Source of the DNA: a virus
DNA length: 39,665 nt
IMG/VR virus record: IMGVR_UViG_3300045988_174472
Reading direction: 5' to 3' (one strand)
Shown here: positions 1-5,049 of the stretch, in pieces
Layout: each line of letters starts with the position of its first letter
Position numbering within the stretch: the first letter of the stretch is position 1
Program-made: the position numbers and the translations under genes
Notes under the pieces: generated by a model
Database searches by the model: none
What the model was told of the DNA's origin: nothing
The model's input: the letters and a program-made list of their open reading frames with translations, nothing else

Positions 1-119
1 ATTTTTTTTTTGATATAATTAAAATTAGTTATAGGGTAAACCCATATTAATGTATCATCTATAAGTATATAAGCTGCCTATTTTGGTAGCCGTTATTATG
101 GTTCCATAACACTAGCCCA
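1..119. repeat. Terminal redundancy, left copy (circular-assembly overlap)
   Basis: Bases 1-119 (attttttttttgatataatt...cactagccca) recur exactly at 39547-39665. The match runs to the last base of the window, implying a circular unit of 39,546 bp. Confidence 0.9.
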
Positions 120-137
120 TGAGGGCTTTTTTATTTT
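26..137 (+). ncRNA. Candidate small RNA (promoter-to-terminator unit without ORF)
   Basis: Extended -10 TGATATAAT at 11-19, with no RBS or ORF downstream. Hairpins at gggtaaaccc 34-43, gctgcc/ggtagc 73-90 and ttatg-gttc-cataa 96-109. GC-stem terminator agccc-atga-gggct plus T-run at 114-137. Confidence 0.35.
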
Positions 138-175
138 TAAAATTATTATTTAATCTAATTTCTAGATTTTTGAAA

Positions 176-226
176 AAATAAAAAAAGTACTGTTTTATAA
201 ATATATGAAACAGTACTTTTTTATTT
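176..226. terminator. Bidirectional intrinsic terminator
   Basis: Stem gtactgttt (187-195) / aaacagtac (208-216), flanked by an A-run upstream and a T-run downstream. Confidence 0.6.
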
Positions 227-372
227 TTTAATATATATTTTTCTTATTATTTATAACTCTGCTTTTGAACTCCTTTTATGGTATAATGTTTTTTAGAGAA
301 ATTATAATCTAAGAGTGGGGTTTCATATATAGCCTTTGTTCCTGCGATAAGTAGGAAGGAGGTGTAAACTAT

Positions 373-528
373 ATGGAGCAAAAGAAGAAGATAATCATAA
401 CTGTTATAGTTATTCCAGTTATTATTGGTTTGGCTGTAAACTTTGTTTATGATAAAATAAAAAACCACTCTTACGGCAATAAGGGTGGCTTTCAAGTTGA
501 ATTCAACATAAAAGTTAAATTTGACTAA
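373..528 (+). CDS. Type I toxin-like small membrane peptide, copy 1 (51 aa)
   Basis: ATG at 373, TAA at 526-528; absent from the ORF track because it is under 60 aa. Translation MEQKKKIIITVIVIPVIIGLAVNFVYDKIKNHSYGNKGGFQVEFNIKVKFD has a hydrophobic helix and a Lys-rich tail. GGAGG at 358-362 and extended -10 TGGTATAAT at 279-287. Paralog of 1362..1526 and 4217..4396. Confidence 0.75.
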   Translation: MEQKKKIIITVIVIPVIIGLAVNFVYDKIKNHSYGNKGGFQVEFNIKVKFD

Positions 529-596
529 TATTATATTGTATATATAGAAATCACACTCTATTCCACTAGATTATAATTTCTCTTTTTTATTTCTAT
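457..596 (-). ncRNA. Candidate antisense antitoxin RNA, copy 1
   Basis: Minus-strand -10 TATAAT (plus-strand attata at 603-608), followed by the 5' module at 580->547. On the minus strand, hairpin 488-481/472-465 plus a T-run (plus-strand A-run 457-464) forms an intrinsic terminator inside the toxin ORF. The RNA is complementary to the 3' third of the toxin mRNA. Confidence 0.55.
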
Positions 597-679
597 GTTT
601 TTATTATACTACAAAATGCAGAAAAATACACAGTATATATTTTAATGTATTTTTTTCATATTATTATAATATATTTATA

Positions 680-859
680 CTATTCTTGAGTTTCCGATTT
701 AACAATTATTATTTTGCCATCTTCACAAACTACATCAATGAACTTATTTTCTTCATCAATTCCTAATTCTCTAACCATTGTTATTGGAAGAGTTAGCTTT
801 GCACTAACTCCACCATTACCACCTTTATTAAAATTTACTTTTAATCTTTTTTTACTCAT
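680..859 (-). CDS. AbrB/MazE/SpoVT-type looped-hinge-helix DNA-binding protein (59 aa)
   Basis: One residue short of the ORF-track cutoff. Translation MSKKRLKVNFNKGGNGGVSAKLTLPITMVRELGIDEENKFIDVVCEDGKIIIVKSETQE. The pattern G-rich loop, LTLP, (V/I)R.LGI is typical of SpoVT-AbrB domains. RBS is aggagat. Palindrome attgc-taat-gcaat lies upstream at about 907-925. Confidence 0.65.
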   Translation of the reverse strand: MSKKRLKVNFNKGGNGGVSAKLTLPITMVRELGIDEENKFIDVVCEDGKIIIVKSETQE

Positions 860-1140
860 TTTTAATCTCCTATAAAAATATTTGTAGAACTATATTTACT
901 ATTGCTAATGCAATTGATATTTTCACTAATTTATTTGTATCGTTCATAGTACATTGTGGTATAATGAAAGAAAACTTATCTAGTATAGTATTTACTATGC
1001 TAAGTATTTCTATCAAAAGAAGAATTCGAGCCGTCGCAAGTTCTGTGTTCTTCTTTTTTTCTTTTGTTTTCTTCTATTTGCCACTTTCTTCACCCTTCGT
1101 TTTTTAGTTTTCGGCATAGCTCTAATTATTTTATTTTGTT

Positions 1141-1204
1141 CATAAATTAATAAATGAACAAAATATACATTTATTAATGTTTTTTGTTCATTTATTAATT
1201 TATG
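1141..1204. repeat. Perfect 23-bp inverted repeat with 18-bp spacer
   Basis: cataaattaataaatgaacaaaa (1141-1163) is the exact reverse complement of ttttgttcatttattaatttatg (1182-1204). A nested alternative stem pairs 1133-1143 with 1154-1164. Confidence 0.9.
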
Positions 1205-1361
1205 AAATTTTGTTTTATTTATATAATAAAAACAAAGAAATGATTGAAGTATATAAAAACTTATATGGATATGATATAATAAATATAGGAATTTCAATTT
1301 ATAGAGTGGTGTTTCCATACTAAATATAAAGCCTACTTCTTAACGGAAGGAGGTGAGAAGT

Positions 1362-1526
1362 ATGGAACAAATGATAAATATTGTCATAGGTGCTATTTGC
1401 ACAATATGTCTTGGTCTATTGACTAACTACATATCCGACAAATTAAAAAGCCACTCTAGTTCTAGGAAAACTAAGAGTGGCGTGGAACTTGAAATAAAAA
1501 TCAAGTTCAAAATTACCAAAAATTAA
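1362..1526 (+). CDS. Type I toxin-like small membrane peptide, copy 2 (54 aa)
   Basis: Translation MEQMINIVIGAICTICLGLLTNYISDKLKSHSSSRKTKSGVELEIKIKFKITKN. GGAGG at 1349-1353, 8 nt before the ATG. Extended -10 TGATATAAT at 1272-1280. SD-sequestering hairpin cctacttc (1332-1339) / gaaggagg (1346-1353). Confidence 0.8.
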   Translation: MEQMINIVIGAICTICLGLLTNYISDKLKSHSSSRKTKSGVELEIKIKFKITKN

Positions 1527-1574
1527 AGTTTTGGAAACATCACTCTAGCGCAAATAGATTGAAGTTCCTTTTAT
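1442..1574 (-). ncRNA. Candidate antisense antitoxin RNA, copy 2
   Basis: Minus-strand -10 TATAAT (plus-strand attata at 1581-1586), with the 5' module at 1568->1533. Minus-strand terminator is gccactct (1450-1457) / agagtggc (1474-1481) followed by TTTTTAATT (plus-strand 1441-1449). It overlaps toxin codons about 28-54 and the 3' UTR. Confidence 0.6.
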
Positions 1575-1629
1575 ATTTATATTATACTACAAAATATATA
1601 AAAATAAACATTATATATTTAGTTATATT

Positions 1630-1944
1630 TTAATATATTTTTTTCTTATTATTTATAACTCTGCTTATAGTTGCTTTGCTCCAGCCTGTTTCATTCGATA
1701 TGTAACTATAACTTTTACCTTCATTTTTTAATTTTCTTATTTTATCTATATCCTTATCAGAAATTTGTTTCTGTTTACCTTGAAACTTTATGCTATTTTT
1801 TAAATTCTTATTTTCTATACTTAAAGAGTCGATGATCCTATTCTTTTCTTCTAACTGTTTCTCATAATATGAAACCATTTGATTATATTCTTTAATGTAT
1901 TTTCCAGTCCAATTATAATCATTTTTCTTTAGTTTCTTTAGCAA
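1630..1944 (-). CDS. Coiled-coil protein with C-terminal resolvase/Hin-type HTH (no recombinase catalytic domain)
   Basis: TTG start with RBS aaggtgg. C-terminus reads GKSYSYISNETGWSKATISRVI, an HTH_7/HTH_23-like motif. Its leader (1945-1973, minus strand) is a copy of the toxin 5' module. Confidence 0.6.
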   Translation of the reverse strand: MLKKLKKNDYNWTGKYIKEYNQMVSYYEKQLEEKNRIIDSLSIENKNLKNSIKFQGKQKQISDKDIDKIRKLKNEGKSYSYISNETGWSKATISRVINNKKKIY

Positions 1945-2111
1945 TGAAACACCACCTTTTATATTTTCAATTCTATAAGAAACTATTTCTATACAAGAAA
2001 CATCTAATCCTTTTGGTTAAGTTGTTTTTCTCTACTCGGATTTTTAGGTTTTCAAAAAAACATATATATGATATATTAAAAGGGACATTTTTTATACAAT
2101 TAATTTTTACA

Positions 2112-2150
2112 ATAAAAAGGCATATGATTAATCTCATATGCCTTTTTATT
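2112..2150. terminator. Intrinsic terminator (bidirectional)
   Basis: Stem ggcatatga (2119-2127) / tcatatgcc (2134-2142), with an A-run before and a T-run after. Confidence 0.6.
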
Positions 2151-2152
2151 AT

Positions 2153-2296
2153 CTAGTAAATTATTTCAAAGTTCCTACAATATATAATTGCATCTTCAGA
2201 TATACATAATACTTTACAATTATTCTTGCATTTTCTACAAGTATTAGATACAAAAAGATTATCTAATACTTCCTCAAAATATAACTGCTTCATCAT
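2153..2296 (-). CDS. Small Cys-rich protein (47 aa), function unknown
   Basis: Translation MMKQLYFEEVLDNLFVSNTCRKCKNNCKVLCISEDAIIYCRNFEIIY, with pattern CxxCxxxCxxxC...C. RBS aaggag. Lies directly downstream of 2306..2494. Confidence 0.45.
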   Translation of the reverse strand: MMKQLYFEEVLDNLFVSNTCRKCKNNCKVLCISEDAIIYCRNFEIIY

Positions 2297-2305
2297 AAAA
2301 ACTCC

Positions 2306-2494
2306 TTAATAAAATATATCATTTATATATTCAAGTAAATTTATAGATGCTTTACTCATTATATGTAATCCAAACATAACTATCATAATACCGATTAATA
2401 ACATCACTATTGATAATAAAATCCCTATCATAGTTCCTAATTTACCCTCTCTTTTTTCTAATCTTGCCATTGTATTTATGTATTTTAATATCAT
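2306..2494 (-). CDS. Small single-pass membrane protein (62 aa)
   Basis: The track ORF 2306..2566 is trimmed to the ATG at 2494, which follows RBS aaggagg. Translation MILKYINTMARLEKREGKLGTMIGILLSIVMLLIGIMIVMFGLHIMSKASINLLEYINDIFY contains one roughly 23-aa TM helix. Confidence 0.5.
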   Translation of the reverse strand: MILKYINTMARLEKREGKLGTMIGILLSIVMLLIGIMIVMFGLHIMSKASINLLEYINDIFY

Positions 2495-2652
2495 TGTATT
2501 TTCCTCCTTGAATTTTGCATCCAAGTGGTATATACTATTACTTGCGAGGGTAAAGGCATATTCCACTTTGGATGTGTCTTTTTTATTGTAATTATATTGT
2601 CTTAAGTCAGTAGAGTAGAGTGATACCTACTGACTTTTTACTTTTATTTTTA

Positions 2653-2901
2653 TTATTCGGGCATATCATCTTCCAGTTCATCTAACTTCTTAGTCAATGG
2701 ATCTATTTGTTTTTCAACAAACTTTTTATTATCATCAACGGTAATTTCAGATTTGCCTGATTGTCCTTTTAATCCTCTATATTCAGCTACTAAATATTCA
2801 ATAGCTGTGTTACGGCTTGATATGCCTTGACTTTTTTGTATATTCTCTATTTCATCCCATACAAAATCTTCCACATGTATTGTACTTGATTTTTTAGCCA
2901 A
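2653..2901 (-). CDS. parR: ParR-like ribbon-helix-helix centromere-binding adaptor
   Basis: 82-aa protein immediately downstream of the actin-like ATPase gene. The N-terminus (STIHVEDFVWDEIENI...SRNTAIEYLV) fits a strand-helix-helix, and the C-terminal tail is acidic. Confidence 0.6.
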   Translation of the reverse strand: MAKKSSTIHVEDFVWDEIENIQKSQGISSRNTAIEYLVAEYRGLKGQSGKSEITVDDNKKFVEKQIDPLTKKLDELEDDMPE

Positions 2902-2913
2902 ATTTTATACCTC

Positions 2914-3840
2914 CTAGAATTTTATCTTTGCAACTTCAAATAATCCTTTAGCAGTAGCTAATTGTGCATCTTCAACTCTTTTGAACTCTTCATCGAACTC
3001 TAAATTTATAGATGTTCCTCCTGCAACATATATATCCATTTCTGATTTATTTATCCAAATATCTTCTATTCTTTGAGCTAAATTTTCAGAACCTAATAAA
3101 TAAGCCTTTGCCTTTAAATCATCGTAGTCATTAGATGTATCTATTTCATTAACATCCTTCATTATATCGTTATTTCTTAATGAATCTTGCACAGTAGTTA
3201 ATAATGTTCTGTTACCAAATTCAATTGTATTTGACATCTTATCATTAAATGTAAACCCTTTGTCAAAATAAGATAATTCTGTAGTTCTAAATCCAACTGA
3301 AACTAATCCAACAGGTTTATCCTCATTTATTTTACCACCTATAGCATGTATTAAAGCTGCATCACCTTCTCTAAGTATAGAAATATTATTTATATAAACT
3401 TCCTTAGTTGATCCACTTATTTTATTTTTAACCTTTATAGTTTTACCTTTATATGTTTCTATAACTTCTTTTAAAACTGATTTTCTATAGTTTTTATAAG
3501 GTACTCCTAACATAACATCAACTTTATCTTTTACAGCTATCTCACTAAGTGCTGCTGCAAATAATACTTCTACAGTATGACTTGTTTTACTATCTCTTGA
3601 ATTTCTTACTGGTACTTGTGATTCTTTCTCAGCTAATAATCCAATAAAGTAATTTTCATTTTTGTATTCTATGTAGATAGGTTTCTCACTTTCTTTATTC
3701 ATGTATTCAGATAGATCTATATCTCTACCTTCTCCAATTACTGATTTAAAAACTGCAACATGTTCAATGTTATTTTCTTCAGAGTATGCCTTAACATAAC
3801 CTCTCCCAAAGTCTAGTCCAATTTTTTGAATATTTTCCAT
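2914..3840 (-). CDS. parM: Actin-like plasmid segregation ATPase (ParM/StbA/Alp family)
   Basis: N-terminal phosphate-1 motif IGLDFGRGYVKA. Later motifs VGLVSVGFRTTE and VAGGTS are typical of the actin/ParM fold. 308 aa, adjacent to a repeat array. Confidence 0.8.
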   Translation of the reverse strand: MENIQKIGLDFGRGYVKAYSEENNIEHVAVFKSVIGEGRDIDLSEYMNKESEKPIYIEYKNENYFIGLLAEKESQVPVRNSRDSKTSHTVEVLFAAALSEIAVKDKVDVMLGVPYKNYRKSVLKEVIETYKGKTIKVKNKISGSTKEVYINNISILREGDAALIHAIGGKINEDKPVGLVSVGFRTTELSYFDKGFTFNDKMSNTIEFGNRTLLTTVQDSLRNNDIMKDVNEIDTSNDYDDLKAKAYLLGSENLAQRIEDIWINKSEMDIYVAGGTSINLEFDEEFKRVEDAQLATAKGLFEVAKIKF

Positions 3841-3856
3841 TTTAATATATACCTCC

Positions 3857-4073
3857 GTTGATATGTTGTTGAGTTCTTGTTAACTCTAAAATAATTGTAT
3901 AATATTTTAGTTAAGATGTCAACAATACATTAACTATTTCTTTATCCTATCGTTGATATATTGTTGAGTTCTTGTTAATTCTAAAATAGTTACATAATAT
4001 TTTAATTAAGATATTAACAATATATCAACCATTTATACTTTTATCATTAATACATTGTTGAGTTCTTGTTAAT
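3857..4073. repeat. parC: parC-like centromere: three ~95-bp units with direct and inverted half-sites
   Basis: Core ttgttgagttcttgttaa occurs at 3866, 3961 and 4055. Inverted partners (gttaatgtattgttgacatcttaa-like) lie at about 3911-3935 and 4005-4030. The array is immediately upstream of parM. Confidence 0.7.
3894..3922 (-). promoter_or_regulatory. parMR promoter embedded in parC
   Basis: On the minus strand, TTGACA (3922-3917), a 17-nt spacer, then TACAAT (3899-3894), about 50 nt upstream of the parM ATG. Confidence 0.5.
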
Positions 4074-4167
4074 CATTTTTTTTAATTATTATAAAAAAAG
4101 ATATAGAAATTAGTCTATATCTCAAAAAATAAGTTTAAAACTCCATTTATTCTGCTATAATATAAAA

Positions 4168-4312
4168 TATAAAAGGAATTGAAATCTATTTAGCAGTAGA
4201 GTGATGTTCCTAAAAATTATTTTTTAGAATTTTTAAGATTAAAATTAAGTTCAAAAAATTTTAACTTAATTTTAATCTCTAAGCCACTCTCTCGCATAGA
4301 GTGGCTTTTTAA
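4168..4312 (+). ncRNA. Candidate antisense antitoxin RNA, copy 3
   Basis: Extended -10 TGCTATAAT at 4153-4161 and 5' module at 4175-4210. Terminator gccactct (4283-4290) / agagtggc (4298-4305) plus TTTTT at 4306-4310. Fully antisense to the 3' part of toxin 3. Confidence 0.6.
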
Positions 4313-4396
4313 TTTGTCAGATATATAATTAGTCGTTAGACCAAGACATATTGCACCAATAGCACTTATAATACCGACAATTATCTTTTGTTCCAT
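4217..4396 (-). CDS. Type I toxin-like small membrane peptide, copy 3 (59 aa)
   Basis: Translation MEQKIIVGIISAIGAICLGLTTNYISDKLKSHSMRESGLEIKIKLKFFELNFNLKNSKK. It shares ICLGL.TNYISDKLKSHS with copy 2. SD is ggaaggagg. Extended -10 TGATATAAT on the minus strand (plus-strand 4476-4484). Confidence 0.8.
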   Translation of the reverse strand: MEQKIIVGIISAIGAICLGLTTNYISDKLKSHSMRESGLEIKIKLKFFELNFNLKNSKK

Positions 4397-4540
4397 ACTT
4401 CCTCACCTCCTTCCTGCAAAGAAGTAGGTAAGTTCTTGAATGAAACACCACTCTATAGATTTCAATTCCTCTATTATTATATCATATACATATTGATAGT
4501 ACTATGTTTTATACTATTAACATAAAAAATAGAGTAGAGT

Positions 4541-4577
4541 AGTATTATATAGTTTACTCATACTCTTATTTTATTCA
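4541..4577. terminator. Terminator of the rep operon (bidirectional hairpin)
   Basis: Stem agagtagagta / tactcatactct. On the minus strand it is followed by attttttat. Confidence 0.55.
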
Positions 4578-4669
4578 AGTGTTTTTCCTACTAAGAAGTA
4601 ATGTCGAGTTATGTAATAGAGCAAAAAAGACTAATTTAAATAAGTTTTATAAAAGTTATCGATACAACT

Positions 4670-5026
4670 TTACTTTGTCCAATTAGATGGTATAAAATAT
4701 CCATTTTCTCTAGCATAATTTAAAACATAATCTTTTTGCTTATCATCATATTCATGCCATGCTCCAAAAACAGCATTATGATATGCTTCTTCACTACGTT
4801 CTCTTTTATTTTTAATATTTAAATTTTGTTCATTATTAGTATATTTAATTCCATTTTCTGGATAGTCAAACCAATCTGGATGCAAAGGCAACTTATTTTC
4901 TTCTGCATAATCAACTAATATCATTTGTATAGCTACATGTTTTTCTCTAAATTCAAGAGGGTGACTCATATAATACGAATATAAGTTATCGTTAGCGTTA
5001 TTTGCATGTTGTTGATTCATTTTCAT
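4670..5026 (-). CDS. Hypothetical protein co-transcribed with rep
   Basis: 118-aa ORF with RBS aggagaaatg context. It starts 24 nt downstream of the rep stop. No motif recognised. Confidence 0.6.
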   Translation of the reverse strand: MKMNQQHANNANDNLYSYYMSHPLEFREKHVAIQMILVDYAEENKLPLHPDWFDYPENGIKYTNNEQNLNIKNKRERSEEAYHNAVFGAWHEYDDKQKDYVLNYARENGYFIPSNWTK

Positions 5027-5049
5027 TTCTCCTTTCTCACTATATATAT

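Noticed and set aside
1-119. The 119-bp terminal direct repeats as attL/attR of an integrated prophage
   Set aside because: The identity runs to both window edges, so there is no flanking host sequence. No integrase or recombinase is present, while full plasmid partition and replication modules are. Circular-assembly overlap is the simpler reading.
60-120. tRNA-like sequence (ggttccataac / ...gccca) suggesting a tRNA-derived att site
   Set aside because: No cloverleaf can be drawn: there is no acceptor stem, no anticodon arm and no T-loop consensus GTTCRANYC. I treat it as part of an sRNA candidate.
247-495. 82-aa minus-strand ORF from the track
   Set aside because: It has no RBS and is a low-complexity AT-codon translation. 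It is antisense to a well-signalled 51-aa toxin ORF and spans the toxin promoter and leader.
1013-1318. 101-aa minus-strand ORF from the track
   Set aside because: Its N-terminal two-thirds run through the toxin-2 promoter and the 23-bp inverted repeat. Only the C-terminal 34-aa basic segment (1013..1117) has its own ATG, and even that has a weak RBS.
1944-2156. 70-aa plus-strand ORF from the track
   Set aside because: No RBS and Phe/Leu/Lys-rich AT-driven composition. It occupies the upstream leader/promoter region of the minus-strand HTH gene and runs into a terminator hairpin.
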